From assembly GCA_950097015.1 (NCBI GenBank), contig CATNEN010000026.1, forward strand, positions 930,001 to 994,000: a DNA stretch of 64,000 bases, given 5' to 3'. Positions within the stretch are counted from its first letter, which is position 1, and each line of letters begins with the position of its first letter. The DNA comes from Macrostomum hystrix (Eukaryota; Animalia; Platyhelminthes). The notes under the pieces were generated by a model. The model saw only the letters and a list, made by a program, of their open reading frames with translations, ran no database searches and was not told the DNA's origin. Both the position numbers and the translations under genes were made by a program. Positions 22,756 to 35,039 of this stretch are shown here, in pieces.

Positions 22756-23520
22756 CGTCCTCCCTCTTTGACTTCTTAAACAGCTAATGAACTAAGAAGA
22801 ACAGAAAAAGCAGGCGAAAGTGGAAGTTAATTTAGAGGAACAGCCGAGTGGCGTTGCAAGAATCAGGTTGTAACTGATTTTTTTTATAGAATTCAAGTTT
22901 ATTTCTAGTTTTCAGGGCAGCAGTCACGTTGAAAAAATGTGAACAGGAAACTTTTGCCTGGAAGTTTTTGAATAAGGAATTTGTTTGAAACAAAAAACTG
23001 GAAATAGTAAAAACGATCAAAATGTAAAAAAAAACTTTCGCGCACAGAAGATCAGAGGCACTTCGGACAATTGGGATAAAAAACAATTTATGGGAAGCAA
23101 ACGGTGATGAAAGGGACACCTAAGTGTAGGATTCTCCTAACTTGCTGCTAACAGCCATCGGTGACAGTATATGACAGTATCAATAAGCTGTATATGTTCA
23201 AGCACACTAGGGCCATAAACCCTATGCATTGACTCTACTTTGCAAAGCTACCTAGGCTAATCATAATGCAGAATAGCTAGAAATTCGGGGTGCAACGTGT
23301 CCGGATTCAGCAGTACACAGCACTCCAATACGACCGCAGGCACAAATAAACTGCCAACAGCTTAAAATTAGCGAAAAGTTAAAAAATATCACAAAACGCA
23401 ACATACATCTTAACTAAGGCAAAGCTGCAGTTGCGAAAAAATCTGCAAAAAGTAAAAAAAACTACAAAAACTACTTCACTCAATCCCCATTGGCTAATAA
23501 ATGACAAAATACATACTCGG

Positions 23521-24823
23521 CTGACAGTGCCAATCCTCCCATCCTTCAGCTGACTGTCCCAATCCTCCCATCCTTCAGCTGACTGTCTTCAATCCTCCCA
23601 TCCTTCAGCTGACTGTCTTCAATCCTCCCATCCTTCAGCTGACTGTCTTCAATCCTCCCATCCTTCAGCTGACTGTCCCAATCCTCCCATCCTTCAGCTG
23701 ACTGTCTTCAATCCTCCCATCCTTCAGCTGACTGTCTTCAATCCTCCCATCCTTCAGCTGACTGTCTTCAATCCTCCCATCCTTCAGCTGACTGTCTTCA
23801 ATCCTCCCATCCTTCAGCTGACTGTCCCAATCCTCCCATCCTTCAGCTGACTGTCCCAATCCTCCCATCCTTCAGCTGACTGTCCCAATCCTCCCATCCT
23901 TCAGCTGACTGTCCCAATCCTCCCATCCTTCAGCTGACTGTCTTCAATCCTCCCATCCTTCAGCTGACTGTCTTCAATCCTCCCATCCTTCAGCTGACTG
24001 TCTTCAATCCTCCCATCCTTCAGCTGACTGTCCCAATCCTCCCATCCTTCAGCTGACTGTCTTCAATCCTCCCATCCTTCAGCTGACTGTCTTCAATCCT
24101 CCCATCCTTCAGCTGACTGTCCCAATCCTCCCATCCTTCAGCTGACTGTCCCAATCCTCCCATCCTTCAGCTGACTGTCTTCAATCCTCCCATCCTTCAG
24201 CTGACTGTCTTCAATCCTCCCATCCTTCAGCTGACTGTCCCAATCCTCCCATCCTTCAGCTGACTGTCCCAATCCTCCCATCCTTCAGCTGACTGTCCCA
24301 ATCCTCCCATCCTTCAGCTGACTGTCTTCAATCCTCCCATCCTTCAGCTGACTGTCTTCAATCCTCCCATCCTTCAGCTGACTGTCCCAATCCTCCCATC
24401 CTTCAGCTGACTGTCCCAATCCTCCCATCCTTCAGCTGACTGTCTTCAATCCTCCCATCCTTCAGCTGACTGTCTTCAATCCTCCCATCCTTCAGCTGAC
24501 TGTCCCAATCCTCCCATCCTTCAGCTGACTGTCCCAATCCTCCCATCCTTCAGCTGACTGTCCCAATCCTCCCATCCTTCAGCTGACTGTCCCAATCCTC
24601 CCATCCTTCAGCTGACTGTCCCAATCCTCCCATCCTTCAGCTGACTGTCCCAATCCTCCCATCCTTCAGCTGACTGTCTTCAATCCTCCCATCCTTCAGC
24701 TGACTGTCTTCAATCCTCCCATCCTTCAGCTGACTGTCCCAATCCTCCCATCCTTCAGCTGACTGTCTTCAATCCTCCCATCCTTCAGCTGACTGTCTTC
24801 AATCCTCCCATCCTTCAGCTGAC
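23521..24823. repeat. 29/30-bp minisatellite (CCTTCAGCTGACTGTC(CC/TTC)AATCCTCCCAT)n, about 44 units
   Basis: Direct reading; two interspersed length variants. Confidence 0.97.
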
Positions 24824-25059
24824 TTCAAATATCTTATGTAGTAAGGTGCTTGCAATTCAATCTGAAATATTTAAAAATACTTTTAGTAGCAAAGCGAGAC
24901 GGACTCAAACATATCAAATACATACTTCATGTTATACTCGAAGAAGACTCGACGAGACTCGAAACAACGAGTCAGATACAAAGGACAAAGAACTCAATTG
25001 TTACGCAATTTTTAAATCCTTCAAACAATGTGAAAACTAGGTTCTCGACAGGTTAAGCG

Positions 25060-26563
25060 CTACAACGCTTGCAGCCGTCTCAACAGTTCGTCAATGAAGC
25101 TGCGCACCTGCTGCTGTGGCGCCTTGGCCGACTGCAGCTTTTCCTGGAAAAAGTTTTTGCGATGCGCAACACGGGAAAATTGCCTTAAAGCTTCATCTAT
25201 GTTTTGCCAGTCTGTAAAATATTATCTCGCATAATTCTTTTTTATTTACTTACTTTTCATATGGGAAAACTATTTAGATAATCCGTTCTTACCTGGCTAA
25301 TCTCTTTGAATAATCCGTTCTCACCTGGCTAATCTCTTTGAATAATCCGTTCTCACCAGGCTAATCTCTTTGAATAATCCGTTCTCACCTGGCTAATCTC
25401 TTTGAATAATCCGTTCTCACCTGGCTAATCTCTTTGAATAATCCGTTCTCACCTGGCTAATCTCTTTGAATAATCCGTTCTCACCTGGCTAATCTCTTTG
25501 AATAATCCGTTCTCACCTGGCTAATCTCTTTGAATAATCCGTTCTCACCTGGCTAATCTCTTTGAATAATCCGTTCTCACCAGGCTAATCTCTTTGAATA
25601 ATCCGTTCTCACCTGGCTAATCTAGCTAAAGTTACTTATCCTCATCTTTCACACTGCCAGTTGGGTGCTCACCCGGAGGCACTCGTCCCGCTCTTGATCT
25701 GTATCCAAATCCAGCAGCGCGTCCAGATCGATGTCACAGTCGTGATCGTCTTCATCATTCTATATTGAGTAGATGAAAGATTTAGCATTAAACTTTAATC
25801 CCAGAAATCAACTGTAACTGGCAGTTCCTATTTTCAACATTAAAGAGAACCGTGTTTCCTTATTAGTTAGAGACAGAACATATTAGGTTCAGCCAAGTGC
25901 ATAGAGAAACAGCTACCCCTCGTGCACTTCCTGTTTTAATTAATCTTTATCGTTTTTTTCACTTATGGCTGGGGCTTAAGGCATGTAGGCAGTTTACGCC
26001 ACATGAGGGCCAACCCCCAAGGCACAGTAACGGTGTACAATGCCCGACGATCAGAAATTCCAGGCAGATGTACAAATCAGCAGAATTGCCTCCTTGCTGG
26101 CGGCAGGTTGACTATTTCCAAATGATATTGCAATGTACCAAAAATAATACTATTGCTTTTTGTAATCCTTTGGAATATACTTTTTCCAATACAAAGGACT
26201 ACTGTTTTGGAACAGAGCCATTAACATCCAGAGCCTCTTAAAATAATAAATGAAAATCTAAATAGCAAAATTTGGGCCTACTTAACAGTGGGATAAGTAA
26301 TTAGTAATAATATTAGTGATAACCCATCCCTAAACTGTAAGCTTACAAGATCTCTCATTAACATCTATAATTATAAACATTAAGGCAAAAAATGATTTGC
26401 TCACCAAACAGTGAAACAAAATGCGCAATTCATCATAGACAAAGTCTTCAACAGCAAGTCGCTGCTTGATAAGAGACATTGTCTGCTTGTCATACTTTGC
26501 TGTCAGGAATTTGGTCTTCTTGTCTTGATAAGCATCTGACTTTTTGAAATTTACAGATGACAT
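25060..26563 (-). CDS. PPP1R14: PP1 inhibitor of the CPI-17/PHI-1 family, 109 aa, 3 exons
   Basis: Exons 26563-26405, 25759-25673, 25143-25060, all phase 0 with GT-AG; FLTAKYD matches the inhibitory phospho-Thr motif (TVKYD); DIDLDALLDL and FIDELL match the family C-terminal half. Confidence 0.88.
25279..25623. repeat. 32-bp intronic minisatellite (TAATCCGTTCTCACCTGGCTAATCTCTTTGAA)n, about 10 units
   Basis: Direct reading; in PPP1R14 intron 2. Confidence 0.95.
25985..26105 (+). mobile_element. SINE family A, degraded partial copy
   Basis: ggccaacccccaaggcacagt...gcagatgtaca...gcagaattgcctccttgctggc. Confidence 0.65.
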
Positions 26564-28681
26564 TATTATATAAGATGAAGTCTTGAATGAGATCTGTAAT
26601 TTTAGAGCAATTTCCTAAAGCTATGTTAATTTTGATTCATTTATCTAGCATGATAATAAATGCATGAGAAATTAGTAAATTAGAAAAAAGGAGTAAGAAA
26701 TGTGTAGTCCAAGGAGTCCAAGGAGTCCAAGAGTAAGAAAAACTTTACAAATGTTTGGTATGCTTGAACACTGTAGAGTAGTTAAATACGTAGGCTTACA
26801 ATAAAATAATCAACAGTATCAACACAAAAATGTATCAAAGCCTTAAAAGGGAAGTTAAAAAAATTAAATTAATGTCTGAAATTTTAGCTAGCTACCCAAC
26901 AACTCTAATTAATAACAAGTAACAATAAAAAAAGAAACATTATCATATATGTTAACTAAGCCTATACATTACCTAAGCCTAAGCTACCAGCATAATCAAA
27001 ATGACGATAAATAAAAAATGACAAAAACAGATGACAGGAAATCCAGAATTCAAACTTGATTTCAAATAAGAAAATGCTAATAGGCTTTCAATTATTTTTT
27101 AAGATCTAATCATGCGAAATATCATTTGTATATGTGCAAGAACTGTTTCGAAGTGGATCTTCTACAGGTGTCGAACACCGCGCTGCTGCGGCTGCGTACG
27201 AATACTTAATGTATAAAATGTTTTCAATATAATTGAAGTTAAAATATAAATATACTGAAGACAAAGAATCAAACACTAAGTTATTTCCAGAAACTTTAAA
27301 CTTAAAAAAAATCGAAACATGATCGAAACATGTTTTCTATTGAGCCAAAAGACAAAAACGGGTAGCTAAATGTGTTTTGTTTTTGTCCCTTTTATTAATC
27401 ACCTTGGCACTTTTTTAATGGAAACAGTTTTCTTAGAAAATTTCCTAACAACTTTTATTTAATCTTCTTAATGCATTATATATGCTTTTCGTTTTTAGTA
27501 TATAGGAATAATAGGATAAGTGTTATGTACATCGTGAAGCAATAGACATGACGCAAACGAGTAAAATAGTCGAACTTTAATAGTCGTGTCTTAAATGTAT
27601 CTTTGTAATTGTTTGACGAACTTGTCAAGGGCTAGCTTTAATTTTCACTTAAAATAAGAATTTTTTGCTTGCGTCATTATTTTATAAAATTAACTTCATG
27701 ATTATGTTTATCACATAGGGAAGACTGAATAGCTAGGCTCATGTAGTTGACTGAGAAACAAGTCACTAATTTTCTGTCCCAAAAGGCTGAGCACTTAAGG
27801 CAAAGCTTAGGGATATAAAATATAATATAAGTGCTTATTAAGTAATTGGCAGAAGCTCGTCAGTACATATATTTTATTTTTGGGAATGTAAGTAGCTAAC
27901 TGTTTATATAATATGCAAACCAGCTCCAAAAAGTCAGACTGAAACTCAACTAGAGTACAATATGCTTCAATATTATTGTTTGTTCATTTATATTTCAAGA
28001 TCAGAAAATTAGCTGTTTGTATATACTTTATAGAAGGCTATGTATAGTAGCTATGTATGGCTACTAATCCATTTTATAAAGTGAGATTTTGGTGAAAAAA
28101 TATTGTTCTTTAGGGCCTATATCACTTATAATCAGGTCTGGACATATGCTCGTATGTGACTTTCACTGCATGTTAACTGCATTGAAATGTGGTTGCATCT
28201 CATTTAGCCAACCAAACTCTGATTGGCCAGATGTAAATTGTTAAACTATTTAAAGCAATTTATACAGGAATGCACAAATTAATCTACTTTAGAAGATACA
28301 AACAACAAGTAGATGTACAGCGAATTTATAGTATTTTTATTTTTTATTCACAACTACAACTTTGACAGCAACTAACATGCGGTTTAATGTGCGGTATGTG
28401 CTGCACACTAAATATACTACTGGCTGACATTCACCTGACTACTGATTATTAAGGGGAATAACATGCTGTATATCGTGCGGTATGTCCCACACACTAAATA
28501 TACTACTGGCTGACATACTACTGACTACTGATTATTAAGGCGAATAACATGCGGTTTAATGTGCGGTAGGCCTATGTCACCAACACTAAATATACTACTG
28601 GCTGACATACTACTGACTACTGATTATTAAGGCAACTAACATGATTTAATTCTGCAACAAAAAGCGTGGCGTGTCGGCAGT

Positions 28682-28960
28682 ACAGTCAACAGCTACGTTC
28701 AGAAGATTGACGCCGTACCTTTGGGTACTGTGCTATTCTGTGAGGAGCAACTGAGTCTGCTGCGCGATGCATTGCATACTGATCCACTCTAGCCGGTGCA
28801 CATCGATGCAACAGGCGGCTTAGAGCATAAATCATCAACTGTCTGTTTCCAGACGCTACAGCAGCGCCGTCATCCGCTTGGAAAAGATAATAGCAGTTCC
28901 AGTGTCAGAAGCAATACTGCAACACACGCGGATGGAAAAAATTTGCAACTGGCTCGACAT
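28682..28960 (+). pseudogene. MULE/NOF-like transposase fragment
   Basis: YVQKIDAVPLGTVLFCEEQLSLLRDALHTDPL*PVHIDATGG, then frameshifted VPVSEAILQHTRMEKICNWL; IDATG resembles the first catalytic Asp motif of MULE/NOF-FB proteins; in-frame stop at 28790. Confidence 0.6.
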
Positions 28961-28964
28961 CACA

Positions 28965-29183
28965 TGCATACACAGGTGTGTATACATCCGCTCTGACTTT
29001 CTCATCGTCAGGCAGTGTACACTTTCACTTTACCTTGGAGGTTGGCTCATCGAGGGCGCAAATTGCACGACAAACCCTGAAGGCCTACTGTCCGCGGCGG
29101 CGCCTCAAAGAAAAGTGGGTTTGCAGCGGAATCGAACTTATGTACCTTGGTGCGAGAGGCAAACGCGTTAACCCCTCTGCCTG
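28965..29183 (-). mobile_element. SINE family A copy inserted inside the Mutator-like element
   Basis: Body and tRNA-like head match the 3472-3714 copy. Confidence 0.8.
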
Positions 29184-29543
29184 CCACCGATATCGACTAG
29201 TCTATTAGTCTTTGTTCACAAGCCACAGTTCGAAGCTCGTCGCAGATACGGACTATGTTTTTTTCTAGATATTCAGTATCACTTAAACAAAGTTGGATGC
29301 TCTAGACATACAAATGCAGGGCGCCAAAGGCAAACGTAATCGTTAGTTTTAGTCGGCCTGTCGATTATTTGATGGCCGTTGCAGATTTTTAATCTTATCA
29401 GTAGTATCAGTAGTCGTTACTATGTTATGTTATACAAAACATTCATTTATCAGGTACCTGCAGTATCAATTTCAACGACTCGTTCAAGAGCCCACATTAC
29501 CACATAAGACGAAACAATTGTATTCGTCTGCTCAGCACACTTC

Positions 29544-31143
29544 TTGCATCGGGTCGCCAGCACAATAAGAGTTAAGAGCGCATCATTGCGTAGAGTCTTC
29601 TTAGTATGCTTCGCTCAGATAATAGTTGCTCCTAAGATAAAAACTGCCGTTGAGATCTTGCAGCTGATGTGCTGTGCATTAGGATCGAAAGAGAATTCAG
29701 GCATCGCCGCAAATGATGACTCCTCGTCGTTAAGGGCGTCAAAAAATAATCTGACGAAGGAGTGCAGAGACGCCATCGATGACCTGCCTTCGAATGAGGA
29801 GCTCGGAATCGGCCTCGTAGACATTGAGCCAAAGTTTGCTGGCGATGGCGATTCAGCTTCTATGTCTGACGCGACTACTTCGTCTCGCTTTACTCGCTTC
29901 CGCGCTAAAGTTCCGCGCTTTACTCGTGACGGAATAGCCAACTCTGTGGATGGCTCAGTTCCCGCTACTGACAGGGTCTGCGCCAAATCAGTGCGCAAAG
30001 TCCGCCCTCCGTCCGTCGACGCCGCACAACGTTTCGTAGCTCAAAGCCTACATGTGAGTAAGCTGACGCGGACAACACGCCCTGCTTCAGCTGCCAAGCC
30101 GGCGCAGATGCCACCTTTTGCATTCAGTCTATTTGATCGCGATTCACTGCTTCAGAAGAACGCCTGGCTGTCATCTACGGTAGCCATTAACATGACGATT
30201 TGTTGATATTTTGTTTTCTTTACTGCCTTAAAGTTTGCACTCTGCATTTTATCTTTATTATCTAACATAACCGTTGGCAAAATTTATTATCTAACATTCT
30301 CAGATTGTTGACACTTTTGTGGCCATCAAGGCAGCCTCAGTCAATAATGTCATTAGTTTGATGACGTACAAGGTTGACCTCATATTGACGCCACACAGTA
30401 GGCTTCCAGGTGGTTTAAGGAACAAACTGGTCACAGGTCAGTGTATTTTAACAATTAGTAGCACTTTTAATGGGCTTTGAAGGATTAAAGAATAATTCAA
30501 ATCGTCCCTAGCTCTGGTCCCTCAATAGGCATAGGCAGTAAAAGCGAAAATGCTAGGCGCCCTGCTGCGTGAGGACCACTTCACATTGCTTCATATTATC
30601 GATGTAAGGGATCAGTCATTCTGCTCGATCCGACGAAGTCTCGTGAGGCCAACGTGAGCTTAATGTGTTGCACGTTGAAGTAAGTATTTTTACCGACAAG
30701 TATTCGCTCTTTACAACTAAAGTCAATGAAAACTGGTCCGGCTAAGTTGCACATAGACAGACTGGGTAAATAATAGTTCTCCCATAAAACCAGATAAAAT
30801 GTGACGTATGTTGCATTTTTTAACTTACGCAGACCGATTTAAAAAATAATCCTTTCGTGTTTCCTGGCACATGTACTAATTCTTGACAGTTCGTTTCAAG
30901 TGTTCACTGCCTTCCGACTTGAATTGGCCGACTTGAAGTTCCATTATTATGATCCATTAGTATGAAACGCGTCTCACACTCGTATCCGTCTAATAGTTTC
31001 TTGTTCATCGGCACTCCCACTCTTTTTTATAGATCTGTTGCGACACCTGCGTGCACTGGTTCCATGCCGAGTGTGGTGGCAGTTCAGCTGACAAGTTTGT
31101 CTGCTATGACTGCTTAGCAGTCGATCTGCAATCTTCACAGTAG
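29544..31143 (+). pseudogene. Ulp1-like cysteine protease and PHD-finger remnants carried by the transposon
   Basis: Splicing 30179 to 30304 gives WLSST-IVDTF; about 30570-30640 gives DHFTLLHIIDVR and, frameshifted, VILLDP; exon 31033-31143 encodes ICCDTCVHWFHAECGGSSADKFVCYDC (PHD C-terminal half). Confidence 0.55.
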
Positions 31144-32284
31144 ACATGGCCTGTTTCTTTCTACTAAAGTACCTAGCTACTCTTACTAGTGGTCCTTAAT
31201 TTTCAATTGCTATGAAAGTGCGATCTAGTGTGCCGAACTTCACCGCAGGTCGGGCCAAGATTGCCAACGGGCCAACGGGCAATGAGTCCATGATGTTAGT
31301 TCGTTTTTTATTTTTCTATTCACGTCTCTATCCAAAGGCATTAAACGCTTCTGTCAAAAAATATATAATGTCAGAAACTATCGTCTTTGTCGACATTTAT
31401 GGCTTGACTCATTTACTTTTAAATGCTTTAGAATTCATAAAATTTAGTAGTATATTTAGTGTTCGTGACGTACCACACGATATAAAACCGCATGTTATTC
31501 TCCTTAATAATCAGTAGTCAGTAGTATGTCAGCCAGTAGTATATTTAGTATTCGGGACGTACCACACGATATAAAACCGCATGTTATTCTCCTTATTAAT
31601 CAGTAGTCAGTAGTATGTCAGCCAGTAGTATATTTAGTATTCGGGACGTACCACACGATATAAAACCGCATGTTATTCGCCTTAATAATCAGTAGTCAGT
31701 AGTATGTCAGCCAGTAGTATATTTAGTGTTCGGGACGTACCACACGATATAAAACCGCATGTTATTCGCCTTAATAATCAGTAGTCAGTAGTATGTCAGC
31801 CAGTAGTATATTTAGTGTGCGGGACAAACCGCACGTTAAACCGCATGTTAGTTCCTATCACAATTGTAGTAGTGAATAAAGAAAAATAAAACTATAATTT
31901 TGCTGTACATCTATCTACTTGTTGTTTTTATCTTCTAAAGTAGAATAAATGGTGCATTATTGTTTAAATTGGTTTTATCGCATTTCAATGCGGTTTAACA
32001 TGCGGCAAAAGTCACATACGTCAGGTCTGGCTATTTCAAATAGCTGTACCAGCTGCCTAGCAGTTGTTGTATATTAAGTAGCCTATCAATATTAGGTTTA
32101 TTGCCATCAGAAAGATTTTGTATCAGCTAGCCAAATCTTGGAAATCTAAGGATAAAGGGGGCTACGCTGCATAGCATTTAATTGTAAAGAAATGCTATTT
32201 AGCTTTTGATTTCTGTATCCTTTCAGGTTTCAACTTCAGTGTGTACTCCCTGTCTCCACAGATTCATAGAAATAGAAAGTGTAA

Positions 32285-33318
32285 ATGGACGATGCAGACT
32301 CAGACGCTGCTAGGCGTAGGCGAGAAGCTGCCATTGCGGCCATCTGCGCAGACTCAGAGCGTCGACGCAAGCGTGCCGAAGTTTTGGGAATTTCTGGTTG
32401 GGCAGGACCTCGCCTAACTGTAAATCAGACATTCTTAAGGCGCACTCTGGCTTCCACTTTACATACGCCTAGTCGAAGTCGTAGGCAATTAGTAGGCAAC
32501 AATGGATCTACTGATGACTCGTTAGAATCGACAAGGTGCCAATCGTCAGTTAAAATATCTACAGTGAAGCCTACATTAAGGAGCCGGTATTCATCGCATG
32601 AAAGATTGTTAGAAAAAGTTTCACAGAACCTAGAAAGATCGCCTGACGAACTTCGTGTAAAGCGTGAACGATCGGCCGACGAACTTCGTGTAAAGCGTGA
32701 ACGATCGGCCGACGAACTTCGTGTAAAGCGTGAACGATCGGCCGACGAACTTCGTGTAAAGCGTGAACGATCGGCCGACGAACTTCGTGTAAAGCGTGAA
32801 CGATCGCCCGACGAACTTCGTGTAAAGCGTGGAAGATCGCCCGACGGGCTTCTTTTAAAGCGTGGCAGATCGCCTGATGAACTTCGTGTAAAGCGTGGAA
32901 GATCGCCTGACGAACTTCGTGTAAAGCGTCAACGATCGCCAGACGAACTTCTTGTAAAGCGTCAACGATCGCCAGACGAACTTCTTGTAAAGCGTCAACG
33001 ATCGCCAGACGAACTTCTTGTAAAGCGTGGAAGATCGCCGACGAACTTCGTGTAAAGCGTCAACGATCGCCAGACGAACTTCTTGTAAAGCGTGGAAGAT
33101 CGCCTGATGAACTTCGTGTAAAGCGTGGAAGATCGCCTGATGAACTTCGTGTAAAGCGTCAACGATCACCCGACGAACGTCTCGTAAAGTGTGGAAGATC
33201 ACCCGACGAACGTCGTTCAAAGCGTCGTAGATCACCCGATAAACTTCGACCAAAGCCTTCAAGGTTTTTAAGTTCACATGATAAACTGAAGGTAAAATCC
33301 GGAAGATTTCTAGACTAG
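32285..33318 (+). CDS. POLR1D-isoform-2-like protein with about 20 x 11-aa RSPDELRVKRx repeats; one 1-nt frameshift near 33038
   Basis: N-terminus AAIAAICADSERRRKRAEVLGISGW..PRLTVNQTFLRRTLASTL resembles the remembered human POLR1D isoform 2 N-terminus; one repeat unit lacks a base (gatcgccgac); the shifted frame stays open to TAG at 33316-33318. Confidence 0.65.
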
Positions 33319-34164
33319 CTTTCTCCGAGACAAAAAAATAAAATTAGCCATCCGTTGTACATGCTCTTCACCAGATTGATTACATTTCCTTTGGAGGAAA
33401 TCGAATTTATTTAATCAAGGTGTCTGATAGGTATAAATATATGCGAGTTCTTCTACTTAAAGTAGCTAGTCAATTATAAATTTTAGCCTGAAAAACTGCA
33501 CGGCATGTTATCTTCTGAGAATATTTTTCGGATTCGTGTTTATAAAACGAAGTGTACGCATAACGGTGCAAGTCTAAGAAATTAACTGAGAAAGAATTGC
33601 ACCAAATGAGCTGCTTTCTAGTTTCTAGATAGAAATTCCTGTTCACAGAGAACACGATGTGCACGTGCAAACATGTCATTATCGTGGGAGTATTCCTGCA
33701 TATTTCCTCGTTTGTGTTGGATGCAGGCTAGAATTAACTTAATACACGATTTCAGCTTTGGAATTCCTAGCATTACATGTTAGAAGCTCATCGATTATAA
33801 TTGAAGGCCAACATGTGGGCAAAAACAAAATTGAACTATTTATTTTTATTTCTAGAACAAAGAAACAAGGAACAAGGCGAACTTCAGAATTAACATCCGT
33901 AATTGAACTTAATCCCCAGCTTGGCCCGGCCTATTGGCTATTAATTCTATGTATAATATAAATTTATAATATACCATTAATACCCATGCTTTAAGGGCGT
34001 TAATGGAAAATCAGAAAATCAAATATATAAATAATTTATTATTTAACTGGCCTAAGCCAGTCATTTAACGGCCTAGGCCGATTAAACATATAGTCTATGG
34101 TCACAGTTGCTCTAAACAGTTTTAGTAGTGCAATCTCGTGAGCCGGGCCAAGCTTTAGGATTAA

Positions 34165-34295
34165 ATACCCCCTGAACTCGTTGTCTATGGCCTAGGAACG
34201 GCTTCGGACTGCGCTTCTGGGCCTCGGCTTCGCCTCTGCCAAGAAACGCGTCCTCAGCCGTTCGTAGGCCAAATAAGCGAAATCAGGGGGGGTAT
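34165..34295. repeat. Imperfect palindrome with CTCGGCTTCGCCTC loop, MITE-like
   Basis: ggcctaggaacggcttcggac... pairs with ...gtcctcagccgttcgtaggcc; taccccctga pairs with tcaggggggta; GTCTATGG at 34093 and 34183. Confidence 0.6.
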
Positions 34296-34519
34296 TATTC
34301 TATACATAGAGCGCCAAAATTTCTATGGGCTCTCAAAACAGCGTCAAGTATTTTTACGGGAATAAGCAACGATCGAATTTGTTTAAAATTCAATCAACTG
34401 ACAGTTTGGTCAAGCTCGCAGATAGCGATAGCCCTATAGGATTGAGTGCACTAAGAATAAGCCAGCAAACCATATATATTAGTGAATAATAAAAATATTA
34501 ATAATTGCAGTAAGGGCTG

Positions 34520-34864
34520 CGGGCAACGGCACATCATTTGGTGTCACTAGACCCGCAGCCAGCGAGGAGGCAATTCTGCCCATTCCGCTGACGTCCTGAG
34601 CACACACGCAGACGGATTACTGTACGAGCGTACGCATGCATACGCTCACACAGGTGTGTACATCTGCCCTAACTTTCTCATCGTCAGACAGTGTACACTC
34701 TCACTGTGCCTTGGAGGTTGGCCCTTAAAGGTCGTAAATTGCACGACAAGCCCCCAAGCCTTCTCTCTGCGGCTGTGCCCCAAGTGAATGTGGCTTCGCC
34801 GTGGAATCGAGCTTAGGGGCCTTGGTACGAGAGGCCAAATGCGTTAAGCGCTCTGCCACTCACC
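34520..34864 (-). mobile_element. SINE family A, near full-length copy
   Basis: Head, body and hairpin tail all present. Confidence 0.85.
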
Positions 34865-35039
34865 CATATGCTGGTACTAATCGCATTATAATTAAATATT
34901 TTCTCGTCGGAACAGAAAAACAACAAAGAAATATGTATCATCAAAGAAACAAATAGTCAGGTTCATTGAAAACGATGTCCATGTAAAATTAATCACTCAA
35001 AATGGGGAGTTCATTCAGAGATATTTGATGCTGCTTGCT

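Larger units (their letters stand above)
28151..32020 (+). mobile_element. Foldback/Mutator-like DNA transposon with about 500-bp tandem-repeat TIRs, decayed
   Basis: Left end cgtatgtgacttt (28151) and right end aaagtcacatacg (32020) are inverted; 86-89-bp subterminal units occur in both arms in opposite orientation; TCAGGTCTGG occurs at 28132-28141 and 32021-32030. Confidence 0.8.
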
